Source: Perkinsus chesapeaki ATCC PRA-425
Lineage: Eukaryota; Protista; Perkinsozoa
DNA: 64,000 bases
Direction of reading: 5' to 3'
Assembly: GCA_013115145.1 (NCBI GenBank)
Contig: JAAPAO010000032.1
Coordinates: 1 to 64,000 of the forward strand
Numbering within the stretch: the stretch's first letter is position 1; each line of letters begins with the position of its first letter. Below the pieces are notes generated by a model that was given only the letters and a program-made list of their open reading frames with translations, did not search any database and had not been told where the DNA came from. Below, one piece after another: positions 12,901 to 25,998 of the stretch. The translations under genes and the position numbers were made by a program.

Positions 12901-14431
12901 TAATTAGGTTATTGATGGAATAGAAGAATCATTAAGTAATGGATGGGGATGCAAATATTCCCCATCAAATGGTATTTATGAACTGAGTAATAATAATAAT
13001 TATAATACTAATAATTATTAATAATAATATAATAGGGAAAGCTATAGCCGATGATATGAATATAAGAAAAGGCTATAGTAAGGTCATAAATGCTGATAAT
13101 GTTATTATAACAGCTAGTGGCAAATCAGCTATAGCTGGGACATTCATGGCAATACTCGATAAAAATGATGAAGTAATAATAATAATATATTAATAATAAT
13201 ATTATTATTATTGTATATTATTAGATCATTATACCAACACCCTGTTGGCCGACATTCCCTGATTTGGCTTACATGTGTAAAGCTAAACCAATATTCATAG
13301 AAACAATATCACCTTATTATTATATAACAGCTAATATGATAGAATCCGTAATAACATCAAAAACTAAAGTTATATTATTAAATTCGCCATCAAATCCAAC
13401 AGGACATGTTATACCTTTACAAGAGTAATAATAAGATTTAATAATATTTTAGTGATCATTATTTTTACAGATTAATGGCAATATCTAAAGTACTTGAAAA
13501 GTATCCTAATATTATTGCTGTATGTGATGACCTGTAATGTCTATTATTATTATTATTATTAACAACCTCTTTATTGTTGTATCTTCTTTCAGTTATGAAA
13601 GATTAGTTTATGATGGTAAACAACATCACACATTAGCAAGTATATGTGATAATAATGATGTTAATAGGAGAGTTATGTAATTATACTAATAATATTATAT
13701 AACTTGATAATGATAATAATAATTATTATTGTTGTTGTTATTTAGAACTATTGGTGGATTTTCTAAAGGATATGCTATGACTGGATTACGTTTGGGATAT
13801 GCTATATGTAATGATATTACATTTATTAAAGCTATTGGTAAAGTACTTGGTCAAATAACAGGATGTGCATGTATGTATTATTATTGTTATTATCATTATT
13901 ATTACAAATACTTATTATTATGATTCATATAGGTACAGCATCACAAGCTGGTGGTTTAGCAGCTTTACAGAATGTACCAATAAAATGGTATGAAGAAAGA
14001 TTAATGGAACTCCAAAATAAAAGAAATTTCATTTATAAACGTTTAAAAAATATACCAAATGTGATATGTCCACCAACACCACCTGAAGGAGCATTCTATA
14101 TTATGCCTGATATTGGTTATTATGTTAATAAAATGAGAATTAATAGAAAAGATGAAACAATTGGAATATCTGAATTATGTAAATGATGATAAATACAGAT
14201 TATTAGTAATTGATGATATTATAATGTATGTTGTTAGGTGAGGAATTATTATCTTCTCAAGGATTATCTATTGTACCCGGTACTGGATTTTACAGTCAAC
14301 AACCAGTTGTTAGATTATCGTAATAGTAATTATATAAATGTTAATTATATATTAAATACAGGTACGCAACATCCATCGAAAATATCGATGATGCCTGTAA
14401 TAGGCTTGAAAAGTTTTTATCATCTCTATAA
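9982..14431 (+). CDS. Trifunctional prephenate/arogenate dehydratase(-ACT) + TyrA arogenate/prephenate dehydrogenase + class Ib aspartate/prephenate aminotransferase (multi-exon)
   Basis: PDT: GFQGVNGAYSE, PIENTLGGTIH, YSHPQALAQC, NRTRF, PGSL, TKLESRP, RVLSIYP. TyrA: FIGYGKFAQFL, DVCSVK, ILCTHPMFGPDSGK, EHDKLSASTQFITH. AAT: LGVGEPDF, LNSPSNPTG, DDLYE, GGFSKGYAMTGLRLGY, PEGAFY, VRLSYATS. The domain junctions are in frame with no stop. Confidence 0.92.
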
Positions 14432-14658
14432 GAGTGAAATCACACAATCTTCATTCTTTCTCATTCCCTGTCTTCGTTTACTAATAGACAGTTTTCGGTA
14501 GATATTTATAACTTTGTTGAGTTATCCGAGTAAGAGTTGGGCTTCACCTAGCGTCACACAAACAACTGTCCCAATATATTTATAAACACGAGACAGCAGT
14601 CTAGATCTATAATAACACACAACATTGATAATATTGTAATTAGTTACACCATCTTAAC

Positions 14659-15585
14659 ATGGTAATTACATTTGAAATATGTTGTGGTGATATACATGAA
14701 GTTGGAGAGGCATGTAAGAAAGGAGCAGATAGAATTGAGTTATGTTCAGGAATAGAATATGATGGGTATTATCAGATCAACTTATAATAATAATATCGTA
14801 TTGTTATCAGATTAACACCTTCGACTGATATTATTACTGATAGTCTCAAACTCTGTCGTAAATATAACGTAAAACTTGCTGTTATGCTTCGATGCCGTGG
14901 TGGAGATTTTATTTATTCAAAGGAGGAAATGGAAGAAATGTTAAATACTTTAAAAGCTTGGAAAGACAACGAAGATATTCATCTAGATGGTGTAGTTGTA
15001 AGTTGATTAATGTTTATTAATAATTATGATTGCTATTCAGTTTGGCGCTATATCTAAAGATCATCCATCAAGTCCGGATATTCATGCTTTATTAAAAATA
15101 GTTAATTGTGCATTCCCTTGGCCAGTCACGTTTCACAAAGCAATTGACTTTATGATTCCTGCAATAACAACTGATACCACAGTAAACAATTAGAAAATTC
15201 ATTATTAATATATTCTTATGTTAGTTGAGTATAACGGCCTGTAGAATTATCGACGAACTTGATAAATGTGGCGTACGTCGTATATTAACATCTGGACTTC
15301 ATCTTACTGCTGATGAAGGAAAGGATGTAATATCATCAAGTTAAACGATGTTATAAATAATTTTATCATATGAATAGGTTATACGTGATATGGTGCAATA
15401 TATATCAAAGAATAGTATTAATATTAGCATTATTATGGCAGGTGAGCCAATACATTGCTCATGAAATTAAAGTTAATGTTCTCTTACTAGGTGGTATCCG
15501 AGAATATAATGTCAAACGTTTGATTGATTATACGAATGTAACGGAAATACATTCAAGAAGTTGCTGTGTTCTTAATACTAAATAA
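14659..15585 (+). CDS. CUTC: Copper homeostasis protein CutC (multi-exon)
   Basis: FEICC, GADRIELCS, GLTPS, VMLRCRGGDFIYS, GVVFG, VTFHKAID, RILTSG, IMAGGGI, TEIHS. Confidence 0.92.
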
Positions 15586-15704
15586 GTAGCTTAGTTACTT
15601 TTCAACCACCATTCATTGTATTATTGAGTTGTTATTATCATGCTAGACCAACACAACTAATTTGAATACTAGTAATAATCACACATAATGATGATATGAT
15701 GATG

Positions 15705-16070
15705 TTATTCATAACTCAAAGGTAATTCATAATTGTGCATTTGAATTATTATATCATCGACATATTTAGCTTTAATCTCTGCATCAGTTAAAGCATGTAT
15801 AAGCTTATTATGTTCATTGACCATACCTTCTAGCACTCTACTTCTTTCTGTAATACCATCATTATTCATTATTGGATAATCTTTATTATTTTCCATCTCA
15901 GTAATATTATTGTCCAACATAGCCAATTGATGTGATATATCATTTGTTATATTTATTAAAGTATTTAGTAAATCATTAATATCTTCCATTGTGTAGTCAC
16001 TTTTGACACTAGACATTCCTTCATTTATCGTCATCATTAAGAACAAGAATACCAAAAGTGATGATCGCAT
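15705..16070 (-). CDS. Small single-exon secreted/coiled-coil hypothetical protein
   Basis: 121-aa ORF with hydrophobic N-terminus MRSSLLVFLFLMM and heptad-like composition. Confidence 0.5.
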   Translation of the reverse strand: MRSSLLVFLFLMMTINEGMSSVKSDYTMEDINDLLNTLINITNDISHQLAMLDNNITEMENNKDYPIMNNDGITERSRVLEGMVNEHNKLIHALTDAEIKAKYVDDIIIQMHNYELPLSYE

Positions 16071-16241
16071 AATAATAACAACAACAGTTGACTAAATCAT
16101 AGTGTTTACTATTGAGCGGTATATAACAACAACTCAATACAATATTGAAGTATTCTTGTGAAACTCTAATCAATCTAATAGATATTATTAATTCATATAC
16201 ATGTAACCCATTCATAATCTCTTATTCGTATTATTATTATT

Positions 16242-19200
16242 CTAAGCACCATGTATTATATCACTCTGAGCCAATCGTTGAAGCTCATATTGTGCCAACT
16301 CCTGAATGTATGATAAAATATGAAAAAGAATAGTATTGTAATATTATTATTACATGTAATGAGGTTATTGTTCCTTCTTCAAATGATTCATCAACCTTTA
16401 ATAATGATACACATATATCGATAAACTACCGTAATAATATTATCAAAATATTAGACTTATTATTATCACTACTACCTCGGATGATAGGGATGTAGGATAA
16501 TTAATATTACGTGTTATCACTTCATATGGTATCCATTTAATAGTTTTTTTATTTTTCATTTTAATCCTGTTATCAATTGATTTATAACAACCTTTAATAA
16601 CAGCAGTAGCCTTTTTAATCATAAGTTTTGATATAATATCCTTTAGCTCATCACATCTTGCATCTTTAACACTTAAAACTGGTTTCGATAAATATGCAGC
16701 TATACCCTCAATAACCCAATGATCATCATTAAATGCCTTTAAAGTAGCCAATGCCTAACCATAACAACAACAATACCAACAACAAGAGCCTTTTATCATA
16801 TTAGCATGTCTATTACAGTTAATGTAACAGCTCTATCGCTATCAACTCTTAATAGTTTAACAATAGCTTCCTTTATATTATCATTATAAACCATTTTATT
16901 ATTATTATCATGTAAATAAGATAAACGTATAGCATTTAATGCATTCAATTTAGCTTCTATAATAATATTATTTATGATACATTAGATATTATTAATATAT
17001 TACTCTTTCTTTCTCGTGCGTTTACTCCTTCATCATTAACTTTACCAACTCCACCACCACCCGATAGTCCTTGTAATATATCATTAGTCGGATGGCATTC
17101 TTCTTCTTCTTCTTCTTGTTTTATTAGATTATCATCGTTAATATATGATATATTATTACTTACACTATCACATTTGTTACTATTATTATTATCAACCTAT
17201 AAATTAATATTCAATTTGTTGTTGTTGTTGTATTCAAGTTATAATAATTTACCTTAAATAATCGATTTAAATCTAATAATTCATTATTATCATTATCATC
17301 AATTTCTTTTAATAATTCTTCATATAAATGTTTAATATCTGCTGCTGCTGCTGCTGTTTATTACTATATACCATTATAACAACAAGCAGCTATATTACCT
17401 TTATAACCTAGATCTTCCCTTATCCTTATACCCCTTGTAAGTAATATTGTGTCTAATCCAATAATATCAATAATATTACCGCCAGGTAAATTTAAATGTT
17501 TAATAACATCATTAACACTTGGTGGCATAGCACCTTCAGGTATACCATCTTTACTGCAATGGACTACTTCATCGCCTATACTACTATTATTATTAATACA
17601 TACCTAATAATACAAATTTAATAATAATAATAATAACTATTATTATAATTACATTAATATTTTCCGAAATACCGTTGGTATCATTATTATTATGATCACG
17701 TTCAAACCTTTTAACTCTACTATCATATCTGATATATAATACTATCATAACAATAACTTATACAACTTATACATATTACTCAGCTAATTTCTCCATAACC
17801 TTTTCAGAGGCTGATAATTTACTTATGATTAATGATGATTCTCTATGTAATTGATGATGTTGTACATTAGCTTTATCCATAAAACTTGATTCATCTCCCC
17901 CTCCTCCCACATCCTCAATATTATTCAATATTCCACCGCCCTCTTTAGTCATATAAATAATAATACTAATAATACTAATAATATTACATAACAGCAACAA
18001 CAATAATAATAATATAATGTTAATATGGTTTATACTATGTATTATAAAATGCAAAGCTCTGTCTACCAATACGTATAGTACTACCATCATTTAATGGTAA
18101 AGATTGTCCTATATTATCAAGTATTACATTATCAACTTGGGTACCTAGTAGTATAATATTAATATAACACTATATCATACTACTACCATTTGGTGAATTA
18201 TTAATAATTATCCAATTCCCTCCATTATCATCGTCTTCGTCGTCGTCTGCCCCCTTCTTTATTATTGCATGTTTACGTGATATGGACTGTGAACCCGGTA
18301 AATTAACGAGATTAAGTGAGGGTAGATCATCATCATCATATTGTTCTTGATGATTATGATTGGATGATTGCAGACATTCATTATTATCGTTGACCTATAA
18401 AATTATTATTACTAATATAATTAGATATATTACATCCCCTAATAATGATGATGATATAAGATCTTTAGTACTCCTTCCAATAATAAACTCATAATCGTTA
18501 CTATAACATGATTGCCTAATAATAAAGTGTAATATAATAATTAGATTATTATTACTCTTTATTATTTATTATTGGTATAAACATACCACCAGTAACATGT
18601 AATACTGGACCACTATATTTATTATTATTTTCTATTATATTGTGCCTTTTCTTCATTAAAGGTCCATTATTTGCGCTTGATACAGATGGATGTGATCTAT
18701 TTCTCTAATATATATGAAAATATAAATATATAATATGAATATATTACTTTATTATCAGTCGTTGCTGCTGTTATATTATGTATCATATTATTATCATCAA
18801 TATACCCACCACTAACACCAGCACCATCTGTATTATAACGTTGTTGTGGTGGTATATTACTATATACTAAAGCTGAGAATGCTTTAAAATTATCATTCAT
18901 AATACCCTAAGTACGATAATAATAAAATAGCAACACGTAAAACTTGATAATACCTGTAATTGTTGTATTTTACTAATTTTATTTATCGTTGTTGTATGTT
19001 GTTTAATTGTATCATAATTACCCAATAATTGATTTATCCAGTTAATCTTCTAATAATATTATTAATATAATTATATTATTATTATGATTACATTATCTAT
19101 ATTATCATGTATTAATGGCCCTTGATTAACCCTACCCTTATAATAAGCATTTTCCCATTTATAACCAAAATCAAAAGCAAAGGCCGATTCCCATGCAAAT

Positions 19201-19320
19201 AATGCATTATCACCTACTATCAATATATTTATTAATATACAATATAACAATACCATCTGATACTGTCATTTGTTCTTCTTGTTGCTGAGGACCATTATTA
19301 TTCGTTATATGACGTACCAT
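16242..19320 (-). CDS. FHA-domain-containing hypothetical protein (multi-exon)
   Basis: Exons chain from MVRHITNNN to IIHGA*. FHA-like segment near 18050-18330: SQSISRKHAII...NNSPNG..QVDNVIL...LNDGSTIRIG. Confidence 0.6.
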
Positions 19321-19547
19321 TATTAATCTAAATAGTATAACTTACTACTACTATAACACAATACCACTTTAGAATATCAATAAGCCAATAAGACCGAGGA
19401 CTAGATATTAAGCTGGATTGTAGTAGTAATAGGAAAAGATGATGGCGGGGGCCCTAACGTGGTTTCAACAACAACAGGCCGACTAATTGTTGCAATAGGA
19501 ACTGCTGGTACTAATGTTGCGGGAACAACCGTTGTAACAATTTTCGG

Positions 19548-20300
19548 TCAGCTGCTGCTAGTAGTAGTTACTGGTGGTACCATGGTACCTATTCTTTGCA
19601 TAGGTACTGAAAAACTCCATAATTTGATATTAGCATTGTTATTAATTGTCATATTAAATTGATATTGAGATATATAAAATACATTTGACCAATATATATC
19701 CATATAAGATGAGGCTATAGCCTTAATATTAACACCAGGAGATATATTATCACGTAACGAAGTATATATAGTCTTATCGATCTTAGCTAATATAACATTT
19801 GTTGATTGTATATATGTATAACCATTACCCTTAATATTTAAAGTAGGCATACGATCCATAGTACTAAGATATGAATTATCATAATATAATGTAATATATT
19901 GCCAATTTATATTAATATCATGTTTGGATGGATTATATATACTTATATCCATATTAACTTTAAGACATTGTACATTATCATATTCACTACATTCATATGC
20001 CTCACCAATACTTACCATTTTATTTATATACCATTTAATATTATTATTCATTGATGATATAATACTACGGCTTATTATAAACCTCCATAATATGAATATA
20101 ATAATAAATAATATTAGCAATGCGCATATAATGCATGATAACCATTGTCTCTTAGTTATATTATCAAATACTCTATTACTTCGCTTCGCTGATGATACTA
20201 CGGTCTTATCATAACTTTTATTAATAATGCTTGTATTATCCTCATCATCGTTAAAATCAAGATAATTACAAGGCTTACCAATATTTGTAGGAAAAACCAT
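19548..20300 (-). CDS. Type II membrane protein with LEA_2-like extracellular domain (single exon)
   Basis: TM WLSCIICALLILFIIIFILW followed by VNMDISIYNPS...ITLYY...L....P, a LEA_2-like pattern. The start was taken at ATG 20300 because the 20432 ATG region overlaps a tRNA-like element and a microsatellite. Confidence 0.55.
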   Translation of the reverse strand: MVFPTNIGKPCNYLDFNDDEDNTSIINKSYDKTVVSSAKRSNRVFDNITKRQWLSCIICALLILFIIIFILWRFIISRSIISSMNNNIKWYINKMVSIGEAYECSEYDNVQCLKVNMDISIYNPSKHDININWQYITLYYDNSYLSTMDRMPTLNIKGNGYTYIQSTNVILAKIDKTIYTSLRDNISPGVNIKAIASSYMDIYWSNVFYISQYQFNMTINNNANIKLWSFSVPMQRIGTMVPPVTTTSSS

Positions 20301-20360
20301 GATAAGAGACAAGATAAGGTAACAATCAAAAACAAGTAGGGGACGCCAAATAATAACACT

Positions 20361-20410
20361 AAAAATGGATTTACCAGGGATCGAACCTACGACCTTCAAT
20401 AAAGTTGAAG
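20361..20410 (-). pseudogene. tRNA 3'-portion remnant (anticodon-like hairpin, T-arm/B-box, acceptor 3' strand, T5)
   Basis: CTTCAA-CTTTA-TTGAAG GTC GTAGG TTCGATC CCTGG TAAATCC A TTTTT; no matching 5' acceptor or D arm upstream. Confidence 0.5.
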
Positions 20411-20465
20411 TCGTCCTCGTCCTCGTCGTCATCTCCTCCTCCTCTGGCTCCCAAGTGTTGTTATT

Positions 20466-22336
20466 ATGTCACTAGTACGGCGATTGAAGGGGAGATCTAA
20501 AAAAGGTGTAAATAATAATAGCTGGAAAAGATTATCAATAGATGATGAATTAAATGGTGGTGATGGTGGGGAATTATTAGGAGTTGATATATTAGAATCA
20601 AATAGTGAGGAATATGATAAATTAATAAATATACTTAAACCATCATCATCATTAAAAAGGAATATAAAAGATGATAATAAAGATGATAAAAGAAAAAAGA
20701 AAAAAGCAATGATATGTAAAAAAGATGATGATAATATAGAAGATAATAATATTAATGATCTGGATGATATGGATGAATGGAGACATATATCATCAAATAT
20801 ACCTGATATAATACTAAAGGGTTTAAAGGTTATAATTATATATATTATAATATTATTATATATTATTAGGCACTAGGTTTTATTAAACCAACACCTATAC
20901 AAGTATATAGTATACCACCAGCATTATTACCATTAGGAAATGATATATTAGCAGCTGCAGAGACTGGTAGTGGTAAAACACTTGCATATGGTAATAAGAT
21001 AATTAAAATATAATTAGATATAATTATATAAGGTATACCATTATTAAGTAATATAATATATATGCAAAAAGAATCAAGTCATAATATACGTCGTAAAATG
21101 GATGGTATTATTATAGTACCTACTAGAGAATTGGCTATGCAGGTGATATTAGTAATAATATTTATATTATTAACTAACTACTATAGGTTTATAATCATCT
21201 ATTAAAAGTTGGTAAATATATACCTGATTTATTAATTGCACCTATTGTAGGAGGTATGTCAATACAAAAACAACATAGATTAATAAATAAGGTAATAGTA
21301 GTTATTGTTATATAATAGTATATGGTATGTATATATAATAGTATTATTAAGGTACCTAATATTATAGTTGCAACGCCTGGACGTTTAGCAGCATTATTGG
21401 GTTGTTGTACTAATATACAAAATAAAAATGATGTATTAGATAGAGCTGATACTGAAGTTCAAGTAAAAATAATATACTATTATTATTATTAGTATTATTA
21501 TTAAATAGGTATCTGATAAACTTAAAAAAGAATTACTAGCACAAGTTAGAAGTATAGTATTAGATGAAGCTGATAGACTTGTTGCTGATGAAGGACATTT
21601 TAAAGATTTAAATAGAGTATTAGATATGATATATAATAATACACAATCTAATAAAATACAAGTAATAATGATAAGTATTATTATTAAGTAGTCATCTTCT
21701 CGTAATCATTATAGCACCTAATATTCTCGGCTACATTAGCTACAGAAACAGAGCATATTACTGGTATTGTATCAAAACGTGAAAAGATAAGAATTGAAAG
21801 GTCAAGGAAAACATCAGGTGATAAGATGACACGATTAATAAATAAGGTAATAATAGTTAGATTAATTGATAATATAACTAGGATTAGTTACGGTTACGTG
21901 GGGAGAATCATAGAAGTATTATTGATTTAACAACAAATAACGCTAATAATGCATCCTCCTCATCGAGTGCTACTACTACTACTACTAGCATGTTACTACC
22001 TAATACTCTTACATTTCAACAGATTACAGTTAGTATTGATAATGATAGAGAAGTTGCTTTAGTATATTATTTACATAAAAGATTTGGACCAAAACAGGAT
22101 GATATTAGAAAAAGGTTTGGAATTAGGTGATGGTTATTATATTATAATGTATACATCAGGTCATCATCATCATCATCTAATAATAATAATGGTAAAATAA
22201 TAATGTTTGTAAATTCTATAAGTTATGTATATCGATTATCATCTATATTATCAATTGCTACTAACGATAAGGTTAAAATATGTGGTATGCATTCTGATTT
22301 AAAACAAAAGGTAATAATGCATTTATATGAGTATGA

Positions 22337-22374
<38 letters not shown>

Positions 22375-23088
22375 TTAGGATCGTTTAAAGAAGTTAGAAC
22401 AGTTCAGAAATGCATCATGTGGTGTATTGGTTACTACTGATTTAGCTTCTAGAGGTTTAGATCTACCTAATGTTGATACTGTTATACATGTTAATTGTCC
22501 AAGAGTATTAGAATTATTTATACATAGGTATTATTATTAATATTATTGACTACTTCTATATAATATTGTTTATATGTAGATCTGGACGTACAGCTAGGGC
22601 TGGACGTAAAGGTAATTGTATAATAATACGTACACCATCCGAAGATGGTGCATGGAGGAGGACATTAGATGCAGTTAATGTTGTTAAAGTTGATGATATA
22701 ATAATGAATAGCAGGTGATATTAATGAAGATATATCTATTCATCATCAGGGATTGTTCAGGGATATTGCATTTATTAAACATCTATTATCAGTAGTTAAT
22801 GAATATGAAGGTGCACAACATAAAGAACAAAGGGAAAATAAAGAGAAAGCCTGGATGAGAAAGATGGCAGAAGATGCTGATTTACCTATTAGTGATATTG
22901 AAGAGCAGGATGATGATGATGAAGGAGAAGAAGAGGTAAGTTAATATTAATTTAAATGTTGATTATATAATTAGATACAATACTCTGGTAGAAAACTAAC
23001 ATCAGAATCATCTATGAAAAGGTTAAAACAGCAATCTGAAATAAAAGATCTCCTAGCAACACCTTTACCAAGTATTTGTAGAAGATAA
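20466..23088 (+). CDS. DDX24: DEAD-box RNA helicase, MAK5/DDX24-like (multi-exon)
   Basis: [67 protein letters not shown]-terminal [11 protein letters not shown]. Confidence 0.9.
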
Positions 23089-23215
23089 TAATAAATAATA
23101 TCTACAATAACGTCAATACTTCCTTGATTTATGGTATATTGAGTTAACATTGTTTTCAAATTAACTTAACAATATTATTATGTTATTATTCCGAAACATT
23201 ATTAGAAACATGTTA

Positions 23216-24738
23216 TTAATAAGATGTTAATATAGTAGCATGTTCATCTAGTGGATATGCATTAGGACCCCACGGTCCAGGTGGTTCACCTTCTTCAATT
23301 AAATTATTATAATGATTAATATCACCTTCATTAGGTAATGCATCAAGACAATATCGACCAAGTAAACCACTACGATAGAACTTTAGGAATGTTCGTGCCT
23401 AGTAATTATATCTAATAGTTTGATATTATTATTATTACTCCTGATAAAACATCCATAGCACCTGAATCTCTACAAGGATCATTTGTTAATTGGAAGGCTA
23501 TCTCACGACAAACTGATCGTATATCATTAGTAGGACCATCATTTAAACCACAAACATTAACATATCTATAAATACTGTATTATTATAAAATATATACTAA
23601 TACTTACTGGAATAATCGTGCATTATTAAGACGCCATAATATGTAATCTGCAATATATAATTCACCAAATATATGATCAGGAAATGTACCAACTGCAGCT
23701 AGTTTAAGATTTCTCTCTGGATTACTTTTATCCTACTAATAATAATATATTATAAATAGTGTAATAATTGTACTTTATTATTATCATTATTACTTTAAGG
23801 AATGTAACACCAGGTGTATCAACTAAGAATAATGTTGGATTATGACTAAGTTGATATTCTCTAATAATCTCTGTAGTACCAGGTGACATTGTAACCCTAG
23901 CAACAGCAGCAATAACAATATCAATATTAATAATAAAAGTAATAACTAACCTGGCTTGTGATCTACTAACACCATCCATAATCCCTTTTGAATCATATCT
24001 TGTTTTAGATGCCAATAATGTTAGACGCTTTAATGCATTTATTGTTGTTGATTTACCTAATTATTATTATTACAGATATTGCTAATGTTAGTATTACCAG
24101 TATTAGGTAAACCGATTATAAGACCATATAAACCCAATGAATTGAATTTAACTTCTCTTTCTGCTAACATAAATTCTTTTATTTTAATAATACCCTTCTT
24201 TAATACGGATGTTGCTAATATACATTTAACATTAGAATGTGTTTCTATCATATCTTGTGCCTGATAATTATAATAATAATAATTATATATAATAATTATT
24301 AATCTTATTAACTCGTTTTGCCATACTTGGTGTAACAAGATCACACTTATTTAATACAATTAACCTTGGTAACTTTCTAATACCAGCTTGCCTTAGATTA
24401 GAGTTTAATTCAGTTTGAGCTGATGTTAAAGGTATACGTGCATCTCTAACTTCAATTATAAAATCAACTCTATTAGCCCAGGATGGTAAAGACTGTTTAG
24501 TACGCATCATATGACCAATATACCAATGACCATCTTTATCTGTTTCATATCCAAATTTACCAAGTCCCTCGAATGTTGGATATGGATCAAATAGTGTTAT
24601 TTCTTTAACATGTTTAGCATCAACTTCGGAAGGACTTTCGATTATTAATCTTCTCTTGCGTTTAAAGTCACCACTCGCAAAGTATCTCTTTGTATTAATA
24701 GTAATAAGAGTACTATTATATCGTAAAGATGATAACAT
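23216..24738 (-). CDS. MTG1: Circularly permuted GTPase, RbgA/YlqF/MTG1-like (probably mitochondrial)
   Basis: WYIGHM, IIEVRDARIPLTS, VLNKCD (G4) preceding GLPNVGKS-type G1, PGTT, LVDTPG; basic presequence-like N-terminus. Confidence 0.85.
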
Positions 24739-25019
24739 CTAATTCAATAATAAAAGTAAAAGTAATTAATGTACTAAACACAATATAGTAATATTTTCCA
24801 ATATGATCAAGTAGTAGTAGTAGTAGATGATACATCATATCCTCAATTACTTTAAAAATAGTAACCAATAGTAAAAGGGTATAAATTATATGATAGCATA
24901 TAATCATATAATTATTATGTACTATTCGTATTACTAATCAATAATAATAATAATAATTGAGAAATGGTGATATTACTTGCCTCATTTATTAACCACGACT
25001 AGCTACACTTGAGCGGTAC

Positions 25020-25998
25020 GTGAGAACATGAGTAACATTATTATTGTCATTTATTAATAAAGTACAGTTATTATATCCGACCTTATCAGCATTACAAGGT
25101 AAGTTGGTAATAGTAGTATGAAGCGTTTGCTACAATGAATACTATCATGGAAAATCATAGAGACCAATATATCAACTACAATATAAGCTAATATCTTATT
25201 CCAAACCTATTATCGTCGTAATGATGATGATGATGATACTAATAATGTATTACAAAAGATATTTCATCATATCAATGAATATGATGATGATGATATAAAG
25301 AGTATATTAAAGGGTGTAATAAGGTTATGACTTCCTTGCCTTCCTTGGAGTGGTATCAGGTTATTATTATTAGTATTATGTCATTGTTACATATTATTAT
25401 TATTGTCATATTCAAGTTCAGAACTCATTGTCGAAGTGTCTTCAAAATCATCTGGATAATACTCATTATTTTTATCATTATCATCTTCTTCTTTAATAAC
25501 ACTTAATGTTGATACAAGTCTTGGTAATCGATACCATCGGGAATCTTTATTATTTCCATATTTATATGATTGATAATCATATTTATCATTTGATGATAAT
25601 GATGATGATGCTGAAGTCGACCTAAATAGAATATATGATAAAATAAATAAACGGCGTTATTGCCTCGTTAATGGATGTCCTTCTTCTTCATGATGACGTT
25701 GATAACCATGATTAGGATCCTTTAAAGGATTCAACCATAATATAAGGCCAACAGCAGCTATAGTAACCACACTACAGATTGATAGAGTAATAAGGCTTGC
25801 ATCACCTAATAATCAATAATAATACTACTACTTATAATACTTTGAATATTACTTGTATCACCACTTACAACAGGTGGGGTAATAGAGTTAGAAACAATAT
25901 TAGGAGATGCTGTTGTTGTTGTTGTTGCTGATTCTTTGGTCTTTGTTAATATATCTTGCGTGAAAGTGGTCATACTATACTTTTAGTATAAACCATAC
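25020..25998 (-). CDS. Single-pass membrane hypothetical protein (S/T-rich segment, TM, acidic tail); ends uncertain
   Basis: ESATTTTTASP, TM SLITLSICSVVTIAAVGLILWL, acidic EEDDNDK tail; one intron needs a GC donor. Confidence 0.4.

Noticed and set aside
14431-15585. Functional link between CutC and the Phe/Tyr fusion gene
   Set aside because: Adjacency alone; CutC is widespread in eukaryotes and neighbours in this dense genome are otherwise unrelated.
17340-17410. Apparent receiver-like motif and an 18-nt intron in the FHA gene
   Set aside because: A normal 45-nt GTAATA...CAG intron explains the stops and removes the motif.
24985-25020. Minus-strand GCTCAAGTGTAG resembling the SL end or the U2 branch-pairing region
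   Set aside because: Only 7-9 nt match, with no supporting flanking structure.
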